A DNA stretch of 63,559 nucleotides, filler included, from Octopus bimaculoides (taxonomy: Eukaryota), in assembly GCF_001194135.2 (NCBI RefSeq). It is 6 parts of 6 records of this genome, joined end to end, with 100 filler letters (N's around TTAATTAATTAA, not from the genome) between each part and the next. Parts side by side here need not be neighbours in the genome. Positions count along the whole stretch, not along the records: positions 1 to 13,826 come from NC_068996.1; positions 13,927 to 33,101 come from NC_069010.1; 4 more parts are not named here. The stretch is one strand, 5' to 3'. Both the position numbers and the translations under genes were made by a program. The notes under the pieces were generated by a model. The model made no database searches. It was not told where the DNA came from and saw nothing but the letters and a program-made list of their open reading frames with translations. This document shows positions 13,201 through 26,343 of the stretch, piece by piece (position 1 is the first letter of the stretch; every line of letters begins with the position of its first letter).

Positions 13201-13826
13201 CCTTGCTGTTCCTAGATCTCTTGTCAAGTTAGCCTTGAACTGCAAAGCACCCAGTTACCATGTGTGGAAGCGGGGAAGCTTGGCAAGAATCTTGGTGAGG
13301 GATAGGCCAGGCTATCTACTGGTAGAGAAGACTCACTCACCAGATTGCTTTCCACCTCATCGCATAAGCTAGCTAGTAGCAGCAAGATTAAGCAAAAGTC
13401 TTGCAAGTACAACACAAGACGCATTTCATCACCAACGTACATGTTTGCATAACACATATATAGGCATATATTTAAACGTGTGTTTGTGTGTGCTTGTGTG
13501 TGTTTGTGTGTGTTTGTACGTAATACATGCACCCATAAACATACATACACACACATACCCATGAACACACACACGAAACGCACATGTAAACACACACACA
13601 CGTAAACATACACACACATAAACACACACAGCCATAAATACACACACACAAGCGAATGCACATAAACACACGCACACACACTCACACACACAAACATGCA
13701 CACATAAACACGCACACATAAACACACACATACACCGATAAATACACACGCGTGCACATAAGCACATACACTCCCACAAACGCCCACACTAACACGCACA
13801 CTCACACGCACCCACACCCACCCACC

Positions 13827-13926
13827 NNNNNNNNNNNNNNNNNNNNNNNNNNNNNNNNNNNNNNNNNNNNTTAATTAATTAANNNNNNNNNNNNNNNNNN
13901 NNNNNNNNNNNNNNNNNNNNNNNNNN
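13827..13926. other. Assembly scaffold-join spacer (44 N + TTAATTAATTAA + 44 N)
   Basis: The identical 12-mer with stops in all six frames sits inside N runs at 13871, 33146, 37696, 47351 and 62213. Confidence 0.9.
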
Positions 13927-14559
13927 AAAAAAAAAAAAAAAAAAAAAAAAAATACACCACTTAACACACTTTGAAAATTATGTTAATCCTGCTTGATTAT
14001 AACAAGTCGTTATAAGCTGTAGAATTAGAAATTGAACATTAAACGAACCTCTTTTCTTTCGTTGAGTATTATATCCTCAGTAGAGATGCTAATTCTAAGG
14101 CTTTTGAATGTTTGGGAGGCATGTTGAAAATTACACGGATGACTGACAATGTCGAATATTTATTAATGCTACAGGCATTAAACCTCTTAACATATTATCC
14201 CGTATATTTTCGTTGAGAGATGTCTAATAAATATATATATTCGAAAGAAAATATACGTTCACTGTACTCTGGAGGCGTTTGTCACTTATTTCTAGCCTGA
14301 AATACATCGTTCATGATATTATTCTCGTTTTCTATCCTTACCTATCATTTCTATCAGTAACTTTATAATTAATCATAACCGATCCAGACTAATTTGCATA
14401 CTTATTCTTCGTTATATACAGACTCAAAATAAATATTTAAAAAATATATTTTTTGCAAGGAAATCGGAAAAAAAAAAAAAAAAGAAATGTGTATATTAAG
14501 AGGTTAATAAATGGAGGTTATGAACGAGCATGTAATAAATATTCTTTTTGACACCAACT

Positions 14560-14770
14560 TCCCCCACCACAGACACATAAACATATACACACACATACAC
14601 TATACATATATATGACGGGCTTCTTTCAGTTTCCGTCTACCAAATCTACTCACAAGGCTTTGGTCGGCCCGAGGCTATAGTAGAAGACATTTGCCCAAGG
14701 TGCCATACAGTAGGACTGAACCCGGAACCATGTGGCTGGTTAGCAAGCTACTTACCACACAGCCACTCCT
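14560..14770 (-). mobile_element. SINE family A head
   Basis: Well-preserved head ...cccggaaccatgtggctggttagcaagctacttaccacacagccactcct. Confidence 0.85.
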
Positions 14771-14789
14771 GCGCTTATATGATGACAGA

Positions 14790-15150
14790 TGTAATATTCC
14801 TGAAACAGAAAATTTTGACAACCAAACAATATCTACAGATGCAAGATTATTCTTCAACCTAACGTTTCCATGATTCTGGTGCCAGCAACATCTGCTTAAC
14901 GTTGTAGGCTGCTTTTGATCAGCCAAAAAGAAAGCTAAACAAAAAGAGTCTTGAATACAAAGGAATCCCTAATGGTTCTGAAAGCATCATATAGCTGACC
15001 GTTTCTAAAAACTTCAGAAAGGAAATAAATGTAAAATTTTGGTAAGAGTTGCTTTTGATTATTAATATAGCAGTTACATGCGATAGGTAGTTGACTCCAT
15101 GTTAGAACGAAGGGCAAATGTGGTTTCTGGTTGACGCAAGAAATCAGAAG
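14790..15150 (-). mobile_element. Decayed Penelope-like RT-thumb/linker remnant
   Basis: PFVLTWSQL...FLSEVFRNGQLYDAFRT..IRDSFV, then CICRYC, resembling PFVxTY...IF...AFR...L..S followed by CxxC in PLEs. Confidence 0.4.
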
Positions 15151-15594
15151 TTTTGTGTTGGGTACTGGTTAATTTACTTGCTTTTATGGAAGTGACAGCA
15201 GCAGATTTCTTGGGAAATGGCTGGAGAGAATCTGGGTTATTAATGTTGTTTAGTGATGTTGGTTGTGTAATGATTGAATGGATGGAATTGGTAAAGTTGG
15301 ATGTCTGTGTCTGTGTCTGTGTGCTTGGGTTTGTTTGTGTGGAATGAAGAAGGAATAAATGGGAAAAGAGAGAGAAAGAGAGTGTGAGGGATCATTGGAG
15401 AAAGAAGTGATTGGATGAGACTGAAAGAATGAAAGGGGAAAAAAATGAAGGAAATAAGAGAGTTAAAGGGAAAAAGGAAAGAGAAGCAAAGTGTGAAGGA
15501 AGGAATGAGAAAAGTGATGGAAAGAGGCTGAAAGAATGAAGGAAAGAAATGAAAGATGAAGGTTATATATGTATGTATATGTGTGTGTGTTTGT

Positions 15595-15905
15595 TTTCCT
15601 GTCTTGTTTCCTTTTCCGTTTGTTTTCCTGTCTTGTTTTTTTGTCCGCCACTACATTCCTCCATGGCACAGGTTTAATTTGTGTATACAAATTTAATTTG
15701 CGGTCCATGGGAAGAGCCATTTTAACGATGTGTCAGCTAACGAAGGAAAATGTTCTCTATGTGGCCTGTGTGTTTTCTGTACTCTGGTTATTATTATTTT
15801 CTTGTCTACGTTTTGTTTGCAATGTCCTGTACCCAGATATGCACCTATATATACAGGTAGACGTAGGTATGCACCTACCTGTACGTATATATGCATATAC
15901 TCATT
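15595..15905 (+). mobile_element. Diverged copy of the PLE-like repeat
   Basis: Shares ttttcctgtcttg... and ...gtcctgtacccagatatgcacctatat... with the reverse complement of 700-1000. Confidence 0.55.
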
Positions 15906-16244
15906 TATTATTTGTTTTATATATATATATATATATGTGCCCCAGCATGGCCACAGCTCATGAGCTGAAACTGGATAAAATGAAATATATATATATATAT
16001 ATATAAAAAATATATATATATAAAATATAAAATATAAATATAAAATATAAAATATAAATATATATCAAATATAGTCCTGTATGAAAAAAAGTCCCGTGTG
16101 GAGGGATTACGTTTTAGAGAAAAATTTGTAGTTTAGAATCAGTAGTTCTTTGACTGCTATTTCTAAATTTTCAGTATGTTGGAGAAGCAACTCAATGCTA
16201 ATCCCTGTATATTTATGATTATATATATATATATATATATAGTC

Positions 16245-16480
16245 GTGCCAAATTCACAAGGCATTGGTTGGAAAGCAGAAACCACTTGCCCGCAGTGGGT
16301 TTGAACTCAAAGCTACATGTTTGCAAAGCAAGTTTCTTAATCGCATGGATAAATTTCTTTCAGTTTCTGCCAACTAAATACAACCCCAAAGCTTTAGTTG
16401 GCCCTGGGCCCAAGGGCCACGCAGAACTGAACCTGAAACCAAGCGGTAGGGAGATAACGTCCTTCACCACACAGCTAAGC
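16245..16480 (-). mobile_element. Two degenerate SINE family A head fragments
   Basis: cacaaggcattggt..cacttgccc..tgaactc and ttctttcagtttctg..ctgaacctgaaacc. Confidence 0.55.
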
Positions 16481-17179
16481 TTGTGCATGTCATATCATGG
16501 AAAAGTAGAATATTTCAAAACGAGAGCACCCAAGATGAATACCACAACGCAACAAATGAGGATTTACTTGTCCTGTCAACCTGCTAGAAATAAGAACTAA
16601 ATCTCCTGAAAACCACGTCCTGTCATTCTGAATAAAGAGGGCCACCAAAAGCAACGACATCCACCGATATTTATTAATATAATTAGCATCAAACCTGCAC
16701 ACCTTTACCCTGCACGACTTTCCCCTGCCCACCCCCAACTAAAAATACAGTTTCATGTGTAAATGACATCACACACACACACACACGTCTCCTCCCTGCT
16801 CTTGCCGTTCCCCAGACAAACCATCTGCATCATAGCTCTATTTCTATCCTACATCAATCAACTAGAAATTTTGGCTCCACAACAAACAGACTCGAAGTAT
16901 CACCTACCGATTCCACTGTCTTTCTTGTAATACCAGCCACACCACACCACCTACTTGAAAAACATCGAAAACAACCAACCGTAATGCTCAACAAAGTGCA
17001 TAATCATGCCACAGGTACACAGAATACAAAAATATTAGTAGGTGTTACGTACGTATGACTCCGCAAAATATTCACGATATGTATAGAAGATATTGCAAAA
17101 ATATTTATGTCCAGAATCTGACTTCAGCACTTTAGCATTTGGATTATTCTGTTAATTGTAATGCTTATTTAGCCAAATT

Positions 17180-17952
17180 GTTTTGAATTAATCCTGCAGT
17201 ATCTCATAGCTTTGAGATTTCAATACCCTGATTGTTTTATTTTTAGAATGACATTGTTGGGTAGGTGTGAGAGGCTGGATCTAGCCGTGGTTTGAATTAA
17301 TCCTGCAGTACCTCATAGCTTTGAGATTTCAATGCTCTCTGTTTTATTTTTAGAATGACATTGTCGGGTAGGTGTGAGAGGCTGAATCTAGCTGTGGTTT
17401 GAATTAATTACGCAGTATCTCATAGCTTTGAGATTTCAATGCTNNNNNNNNNNNNNNNNNNNNNNNNNNNNNNNNNNNNNNNNNNNNNNNNNNNNNNNNN
17501 NNNNNNNNNNNNNNNNNNNNNNNNNNNNNNNNNNNNNNNNNNNNNNNNNNNNNNNNNNNNNNNNNNNNNNNNNNNNNNNNNNNNNNNNNNNNNNNNNNNN
17601 NNNNNNNNNNNNNNNNNNNNNNNNNNNNNNNNNNNNNNNNNNNNNNNNNNNNNNNNNNTACGCAGTATCTCATAGCTTTGAGATTTCAATGCTCTCTGTT
17701 TTATTTTTAGAATGACATTGTCGGGTAGGTGTGAGAGGCTGGATCTAGCCGTGGTTTGAATTAATTACGCAGTATCTCATAGCTTTGAGATTTCAATGCT
17801 CTCTGTTTTATTTTTAGAATGACATTGTCGGGTAGGTGTGAGAGGCTGGATCTAGCTGTGGTTTGAATTAATTACGCAGTATCTCATAGCTTTGAGATTT
17901 CAATGCTCTCTGTTTTATTTTTAGAATGACATTGTTGGGTAGGTGTGAGAGG
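17180..17952. repeat. 107-bp tandem minisatellite (at least 6 visible units, gap inside)
   Basis: The anchor (c/t)gcagta recurs at 17195, 17304, 17411, 17661, 17768 and 17875. Units are nearly identical with no unique spacers. Confidence 0.95.
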
Positions 17953-17967
17953 AAAATTAAGCTATAG

Positions 17968-18068
17968 TAGTTTATAGTAGAAAGCACTTGCCCAAGGTGC
18001 CATGCAGTGGGACTGAACCCGGAACCATGTGGTTGGTAAGCAAGCTATTTACCACACAGCCACTCCTA
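17968..18068 (-). mobile_element. SINE family A head
   Basis: cacttgcccaaggtgccatgcagtgggactgaacccggaacc...cacacagccactcct. Confidence 0.85.
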
Positions 18069-18174
18069 CGCTTATCACTTTGATCACTACACCTCTCACT
18101 CTAATCACTTTTTGGGATTTTACACCTAGCTATTTTGCATATTTATGTATATATGTATAAATATATATATATGC

Positions 18175-18655
18175 TGAAAATATCCGGTAAGGTAGGATAC
18201 AGGCTAGTCACCTGCATAGTTAATCAGGTCTTTCAAGGAAGGTGTAATACCCAGTGACTGGCACAGCAGCACAATTGTTAGCTGCTACAAGGGTAAGGGT
18301 GTTACTTTAGATAGAAACAGTTATAGAAGCATCAAACTCCTGGACCAGGTGATGGAAATTATGGAGAGAGAGCTAGAGTCCAATTAATTCAGAGCAGAAT
18401 TAGGCTACGTGAAATGCAGTCTGGCTTCATCTGGAGAAGCATTACTGATGCTATTTTCATAGTCAGGCAACTGTAAAAGAAATACTTGGCTAAGAATAAA
18501 CCATTATACCTGGCATTCATTGATATAGAGAAAGCCTTCGATAGAGTGTCCCACTTTGTGATATGGTGGGCTCTGAGGAGCCAGGGACAGGCAAATGGCA
18601 GGTGAAAGCTGTTCAGACCGTGTACAAAGGCCTTGTCAGTAAGGTGAGAGTTAAA
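18175..18655 (+). mobile_element. RTE-clade LINE reverse-transcriptase fragment
   Basis: EGVIPSDWHSSTIVSCYKGKG...YRSIKLLDQVMEIMER...MQSGF...TDAIFIVRQL*KKYLAKNKPLYLAFIDIEKAFDRV. Confidence 0.88.
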
Positions 18656-18739
18656 TAAAATCATGGTTGTCCTTACATGCAGGCTTGTCCCCTGCGTCTC
18701 TCTCCAGTTGAGCGTCCTTAATCTTGTGGTTTTGTGGGT

Positions 18740-18975
18740 GCTGGTGTCGCGTGTAAAGCGCTCGTACTGGTGCCACATAAATGCACCTGTGCCGACACAA
18801 TGTGAAAGCACCCAGTTCACTTTGTAAAGTGGTTGGCATTAGGAAGGGCATCCAATTGCAGAAACCACGCCGAAACAGACAATTGGAGCCTGGGCAGCTC
18901 TTCAGCTGGCCAGCTCCTGTCAAACTGTCCAACCCATGCCAGCATGGGAAGCAGGCATTAAATGATGATGATAAT
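18740..18975 (+). mobile_element. Family C / RTE 3' tail
   Basis: ggcattaggaagggcatcc...caacccatgccagcatgg...ttaaatgatgatgat. Confidence 0.8.
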
Positions 18976-21374
18976 GATGTGGATGATGATGATGATGATG
19001 ATGATAAAGACGATGATGGTAATAATGATGATGATAATTATGATGAAGATGATGATAATGCTGCTGATGATGAGGGAGATGATGACGGTGGTGAAGTTGA
19101 TGTTGATGATTATGATGATGATGGTGGTGATGATTACATGAGGATGATGATGGTGATTATGACGATGATGATGATGATGATATCCTTATATTTCCCATAT
19201 CAGAGTCTGTTTGTCTATAAAATTTTTCTCACACCAAACTACCGCCATACTACAACACCATGGAAACTCCTTCCTCACCACCACGACAGCAACAACAACA
19301 ACAACAACAACAACAACCATGACAATAGTCATGCTTATAGTATGTCTACCATTCACTGTAAATCAACCGCTATTATGTCACTTACCATTAAATAACACAT
19401 CAGCATCACTCAGTCTGTCTGTGTGTGTGTGTGTAAATATCTATGTATGTATCTATCTGTCTCTATCTATGTATCTGTCTATCTGTCTGTCTGTCTATCT
19501 ATTTATCTATCTATATCTACCTACCTATCTATCTATCTATCCATCCATCCATCTATCTATCTTTCTATTTACCTCTCTCTATATTCAACTATCAACCTAT
19601 TTATTGATCTCTCTGTCTGCCTGTCAATCTGTGTGTGTGTGTGTATCTGTCTGTCTGTCTTTCTCTCTGTATATATANNNNNNNNNNNNNNNNNNNNNNN
19701 NNNNNNNNNNNNNNNNNNNNNNNNNNNNNNNNNNNNNNNNNNNNNNNNNNNNNNNNNNNNNNNNNNNNNNNNNNNNNNNNNNNNNNNNNNNNNNNNNNNN
19801 NNNNNNNNNNNNNNNNNNNNNNNNNNNNNNNNNNNNNNNNNNNNNNNNNNNNNNNNNNNNNNNNNNNNNNNNNNNNNNNNNNNNNNNNNNNNNNNNNNNN
19901 NNNNNNNNNNNNNNNNNNNNNNNNNNNNNNNNNNNNNNNNNNNNNNNNNNNNNNNNNNNNNNNNNNNNNNNNNNNNNNNNNNNNNNNNNNNNNNNNNNNN
20001 NNNNNNNNNNNNNNNNNNNNNNNNNNNNNNNNNNNNNNNNNNNNNNNNNNNNNNNNNNNNNNNNNNNNNNNNNNNNNNNNNNNNNNNNNNNNNNNNNNNN
20101 NNNNNNNNNNNNNNNNNNNNNNNNNNNNNNNNNNNNNNNNNNNNNNNNNNNNNNNNNNNNNNNNNNNNNNNNNNNNNNNNNNNNNNNNNNNNNNNNNNNN
20201 NNNNNNNNNNNNNNNNNNNNNNNNNNNNNNNNNNNNNNNNNNNNNNNNNNNNNNNNNNNNNNNNNNNNNNNNNNNNNNNNNNNNNNNNNNNNNNNNNNNN
20301 NNNNNNNNNNNNNNNNNNNNTTACATTGCGTTGTTGTTATTGGTGGTGTTGATGTGACTTGTACTAAAGTATTGTAGTGAAAATCCTCCTCCTCCTCCTC
20401 ATCATCATCATTATTATCATCATCATCGTTATTCTCATTTCTTTCATGATCAACACCACCACCACCGTCATCGTCATCATCGTCATCATCATCATTTTTA
20501 TCAATAATCATAAGCGCCACTGCCACAACCATCATCATCACCATTTTCTTAATCCCCACCATGGCCATCATCACTATCATCATCATCATCATCATCAACT
20601 TTTACCAATAATTATAAGCAACACCATCACCACCACCATCATCCCCATGTCTACTACCACCATCACCACCACCACCACCATCATCCCCATGTCTACTACC
20701 ACCANNNNNNNNNNNNNNNNNNNNNNNNNNNNNNNNNNNNNNNNNNNNNNNNNNNNNNNNNNNNNNNNNNNNNNNNNNNNNNNNNNNNNNNNNNNNNNNN
20801 NNNNNNNNNNNNNNNNNNNNNNNNNNNNNNNNNNNNNNNNNNNNNNNNNNNNNNNNNNNNNNNNNNNNNNNNNNNNNNNNNNNNNNNNNNNNNNNNNNNN
20901 NNNNNNNNNNNNNNNNNNNNNNNNNNNNNNNNNNNNNNNNNNNNNNNNNNNNNNNNNNNNNNNNNNNNNNNNNNNNNNNNNNNNNNNNNNNNNNNNNNNN
21001 NNNNNNNNNNNNNNNNNNNNNNNNNNNNNNNNNNNNNNNNNNNNNNNNNNNNNNNNNNNNNNNNNNNNNNNNNNNNNNNNNNNNNNNNNNNNNNNNNNNN
21101 NNNNNNNNNNNNNNNNNNNNNNNNNNNNNNNNNNNNNNNNNNNNNNNNNNNNNNNNNNNNNNNNNNNNNNNNNNNNNNNNNNNNNNNNNNNNNNNNNNNN
21201 NNNNNNNNNNNNNNNNNNNNNNNNNNNNNNNNNNNNNNNNNNNNNNNNNNNNNNNNNNNNNNNNNNNNNNNNNNNNNNNNNNNNNNNNNNNNNNNNNNNN
21301 NNNNNNNNNNNNNNNNNNNNNNNNNNNNATTGTCTTGAATCAAGAACTTGTATAATAATAATAATAATAATAAT

Positions 21375-21412
<38 letters not shown>

Positions 21413-21439
21413 GCACCACCACCACCACCATCATCCTCG

Positions 21440-21628
21440 TCATCATCATCATTTAATATCCTGTTCCGTGCTGGCACGGGCTGGATGGTTTGACAGGATC
21501 CGATTGATTGGCCCAAGGACTGCATTGTCCATCAAGCTTTGGCATGGTTTCTACACCTGGATGCTTTTTCCTAATGCCAACCACTTTGCAGAGTGTACCA
21601 AGGTGCTTTCCATGGGGCACCAGCGCTA
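21440..21628 (-). mobile_element. Family C / RTE 3' tail, diverged
   Basis: catcatcatttaat...gctggcacgggctggatggtttgacag...ctggatgctttttcctaatgccaaccac. Confidence 0.7.
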
Positions 21629-21699
21629 GTGGAGGTCTTCATGCAGTTTGTTTGCAAGACTATGAACCTCGGGGTGGGGTGGGGGCAGAGATGGAGAGA

Positions 21700-21950
21700 C
21701 AGGCAAATTCATACTCGGAGATGAAGGGCAGAAGTGTATGTAGAACAGGGATCAATAATACAGTTCTATTATCCTGCTTCCGGGATAAAAAAGGCAAAGG
21801 GGCTGCCTTATGTCTGTATGCGAATGTATCCGGTGTAAAGGTGGGTGCAAAGGCCATGTTCTTGACTGGATGAGATGTGTGGGATGTTATGCAACGAAAT
21901 TCAAGGGCACCGATGCCACGAGTTTGGTAATTAAGTAGAGAAAAAGGATA
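21700..21950 (-). mobile_element. Possible second PLE linker remnant
   Basis: ITSHTSHPVKNM...APLPFLSRKQDNRTVLL weakly resembles the LTYHPxxxxVKNI...PPLxSFRRDxNL block. Confidence 0.25.
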
Positions 21951-22092
21951 ACTGAAATTGCAGGAAGAATAAGTTCCAAAAAAAAACAAAAAAAAGAACA
22001 CTACCATGTAGAATCTAATTAGATTTGAAGGAGGTTTGTGAGCTTACATAGGCCCACACACACACACATGCGCGTGCACCTATATACACACA

Positions 22093-22126
<34 letters not shown>

Positions 22127-22278
22127 CACAAATAAAGATACAGCTAGAGATGTAAAGATACAAATATAAATACATACAGACTTGTATATATATATATATA
22201 TATATATGCATGTGCGTGTCTGTGCCTATGTATGCATCTATCTATCTTCCTACCTACCTATAGACCTATCTCTCTCTC

Positions 22279-22320
<42 letters not shown>

Positions 22321-22700
22321 AGAATGCATAATTACAAACAGAAAGACATTCAGATTGGTGTGAATGCTTGTACACAAACATGCATGTTTGTGTATGTATA
22401 TATATATATATATATATATATGCACCTACCCACACACACACACATGTATATATTTATATATATGTATATATATATATATATGTAGGTATGTATATATGTA
22501 TGTATATGTATGATTGTGTGTATGTGTATGTATATGTATAAATAGACACTTTCCTGTATAGCGTCTGTCTGTCCATATTATTTACAAGTGTTGTCCCTAT
22601 CTTAATTATAAAATGTAACTATTTACGACTCAACTGAACATCAACAGCACCACTGCCTATGCCGCCGCCACCACCACCACCACCACCACCNNNNNNNNNN

Positions 22701-22827
22701 ATGACTAAAAGTGATTTAAATCCGGAAACGGAGGCTCTAATCTGTGCTGCTCAAGAGCACGCATTAAGAACCAATTACATCACATACAGAATAGACAACA
22801 CATCAGAAAGTGATAAGTGCAGAATGT
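22701..22827 (+). mobile_element. R4/Dong-type fragment between RT and the CCHC/RLE domain
   Basis: KSDLNPETEALICAAQEHALRTNYITYRIDNTSESDKCRM matches the LKxETExLIxAAQEQALRTN...CRxC block of R4-clade elements. Confidence 0.8.
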
Positions 22828-24409
22828 ATGTATGTGTGTATTTTTGTGTGTGTATGTGTGTGTATGTGTGTGTGTGTGTGTGTGTGCATGCATGTGTGTA
22901 TGTATAGTTTGTTTGATGTGGTGTACAGATTTTATATAACAAAACGTAGGTAGTTAGAATTTTTGGATAATTTTTCATCAGCGCTTTCGTTTCATTCATT
23001 GAGGCTCCTCAGACAATTTCTTCGCTTTTTATACAGATCTACAGGAAGCGGGGGTGTTTTTGTTTTGTTGAAGTAAAAAGAAGGGATAAAAAAAAAGAAA
23101 GAGAGGAAGAGAGAAGGAAGGACAGGAGAGAAAAAGAAAAGTAAGCAGACTGAAAGAAAGGAGGAAGAAAGAGAGAAAGAGGTATCTTCTCGTTCTTTCT
23201 GTGAGATAGTTTTTATTATTATATTTGAGGACGGTGTATGGTCAATAGCTTTTTCACAGGTGGTTGAACTTAATGACATTTCAAGATGTCACTTACTCTT
23301 TCTAGACTAATAGAATTAACATCTCAAAACGTCAAGATCAACCGCCTGTAAAATAGCTACTACCCATACTATTTTCCCCACTGCAAACAATACCACCACT
23401 ACCTCCATTGCCAACAAAATCAACACTTCTGCCTCCATCAGCATCACTATTAACACCATGACGACGACGACAGGTACCACCGCTACCACCACCACCACCA
23501 CCACCCTCTATTGGTGTTCCTATCACCTTCACTACAAACACGACTAATTGTAGTATTGTATTTATAAATAAGGACAAAAGATAGAATATGGATGGTAAAT
23601 CAAATTAATACGCTTCTCAATGTTACCTAGTGGTTGTCTTTTGAGATGTGACATTGATCATCTGTTGTTACTGAAAGGATGCTGGTTCACGTATATAAAC
23701 GTTCACATACTTCCTTTGTACATGCACACACATATACTCACATGGAGTTGTAACGCTGTTTGACTTTTCTTTTCAACATTGAATGTTCACCACCCCACTT
23801 TCATTGCACAGACACACACAAAAACATTCACACACCTCCCTTTTACATACGCACCCATACATTCACAGAGTTGAAATGCTGTTTGATTTCCCTTTTCAGC
23901 ATTGAATGTACACCATCCCATTTCCATTTTACACACATGCACACAAACACTCACATACTTCCCTTTTACATACACACACACATATACTCACACAGAGTTT
24001 GCCATCACCCCTTCCTTCCTTATTCATCTATCACCGTTTCCTTTCTCATTCATATGTTGTGACGGAGAAAAACACGAGAGTATTATAACAGTAGAAGATG
24101 TAAAGTTTTCGTTTAGATCACTCGAAAACAAGAAGATTCTGTGATAGAACCAGAGGCGGTCTCAGATGCTTTGGCATCAAAGAGGATTAATCTTGATGTA
24201 GGTGAAACATTAAGGATGTTATTTACACGGAATTTCATAGCATGTAAATTGGAAAGCAGGTGGGGGGGGGAAGAGAAAGAGATTAGTATTCTTCAAACCG
24301 TTGCAGATGGAAATGTAAATTCTTCACTATTCACACCATACACACATACATACATACATACATACATACACATATCTGTCATACATCATACACTCACACA
24401 CAATACATG

Positions 24410-24477
<68 letters not shown>

Positions 24478-24665
24478 TTTTCACACACATGTCCAATCAC
24501 ACACACACACACACACACACAATCATATATTTATTTTTATTACAAGCTGAGATAAATCCTTCATCGAAACAGCAGGCTCACGATTACAATGCTCATGTGA
24601 GAACGAAGATATATACATAAGCATGTGCGTGCATGTATATATGTATATATATATGTGTGTGTGTG

Positions 24666-24696
<31 letters not shown>

Positions 24697-24721
24697 ATAT
24701 ATATATACATATATATATATA

Positions 24722-24769
<48 letters not shown>

Positions 24770-26308
24770 TGTATATGAATGTATGCAAGATAAAGACTAT
24801 GTCTTTGTGTGTGTATAAGTATCAGCATTCCAAGATGGCAAGTAGCTCTCCAGCCCTGCCACTCCCCACTTCAGCCACCCTCAATGCAATCCGAACCCTT
24901 TTCTATCTGAACACCCCCCTCACACACACACACACACACCTACCTTCACTACTTATGGGGTACCTATGTGTATGTAGTTAAGCATGTGTGAATGTGTGTG
25001 TGTGTGAGTGTGAGTGTTTCACGGTGGGGGCAATAAAGTAGTAATTTTGAGTGAAACCCACCTTTCCAGTTTTGAAACCCTTGCACTGTTACAATAATCT
25101 TTGTTTAAAATTCCTTCTTAATTTGTGTTCCAAACACCAACTCAACAAAGACAAAGCTAAATGACTTAATTATTCATTATTTTTAACCATAATTGAAACA
25201 AAGACTGTATTTTGACAGAAATACGGTGACAAAATGTTAAAGTAATTTAAATTAAAACCTACCTTTAAAATTTCTTCTTAATTCGTGTTCCAAACACCAG
25301 CTTAAAAATGTCTGTTATTTGACTAAATTCTTTATTATTTTAAAAATTAATTGAAAAAGAGACAATTCGAAAAATAAAAATGAAAAATAAAAACTTTTAC
25401 CATGTGTTTTACACATGGTAAAAGTTTTTATTTTTCAATCCGTTCCTTTCGAAATTTTATCCCTAATTTTGTGGTTCTGGAACCTAGGAGTTCTTTCTAG
25501 CGTAAGGAATCCCATGAGTGGATTCCTCTTATGTATTTAAATATATACTGTACCTTATATATATATATATATACGGCTTTCCTGCTGATGAGAGCTTCAC
25601 CTANNNNNNNNNNNNNNNNNNNNNNNNNNNNNNNNNNNNNNNNNNNNNNNNNNNNNNNNNNNNNNNNNNNNNNNNNNNNNNNNNNNNNNNNNNNNNNNNN
25701 NNNNNNNNNNNNNNNNNNNNNNNNNNNNNNNNNNNNNNNNNNNNNNNNNNNNNNNNNNNNNNNNNNNNNNNNNNNNNNNNNNNNNNNNNNNNNNNNNNNN
25801 NNNNNNNNNNNNNNNNNNNNNNNNNNNNNNNNNNNNNNNNNNNNNNNNNNNNNNNNNNNNNNNNNNNNNNNNNNNNNNNNNNNNNNNNNNNNNNNNNNNN
25901 NNNNNNNNNNNNNNNNNNNNNNNNNNNNNNNNNNNNNNNNNNNNNNNNNNNNNNNNNNNNNNNNNNNNNNNNNNNNNNNNNNNNNNNNNNNNNNNNNNNN
26001 NNNNNNNNNNNNNNNNNNNNNNNNNNNNNNNNNNNNNNNNNNNNNNNNNNNNNNNNNNNNNNNNNNNNNNNNNNNNNNNNNNNNNNNNNNNNNNNNNNNN
26101 NNNNNNNNNNNNNNNNNNNNNNNNNNNNNNNNNNNNNNNNNNNNNNNNNNNNNNNNNNNNNNNNNNNNNNNNNNNNNNNNNNNNNNNNNNNNNNNNNNNN
26201 NNNNNNNNNNNNNNNNNNNNNNNNNNNNNNNNNNNNNNNNNNNNNNNNNNNNNNNNNNNNNNNNNNNNNNNNNNNNNNNNNNNNNNNNNNNNNNNNNNNN
26301 NNNNNNNN

Positions 26309-26343
<35 letters not shown>

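Noticed and set aside
13871-13882. TTAATTAATTAA 12-mer repeated five times (13871, 33146, 37696, 47351, 62213)
   Set aside because: It is always centred in a 100-bp N block and has stops in all six frames, so it is an assembly spacer and not biology.
17180-17952. Regular repeat array as a CRISPR locus
   Set aside because: The units are whole 107-bp copies with no unique spacers, there are no cas genes, and the context is eukaryotic.
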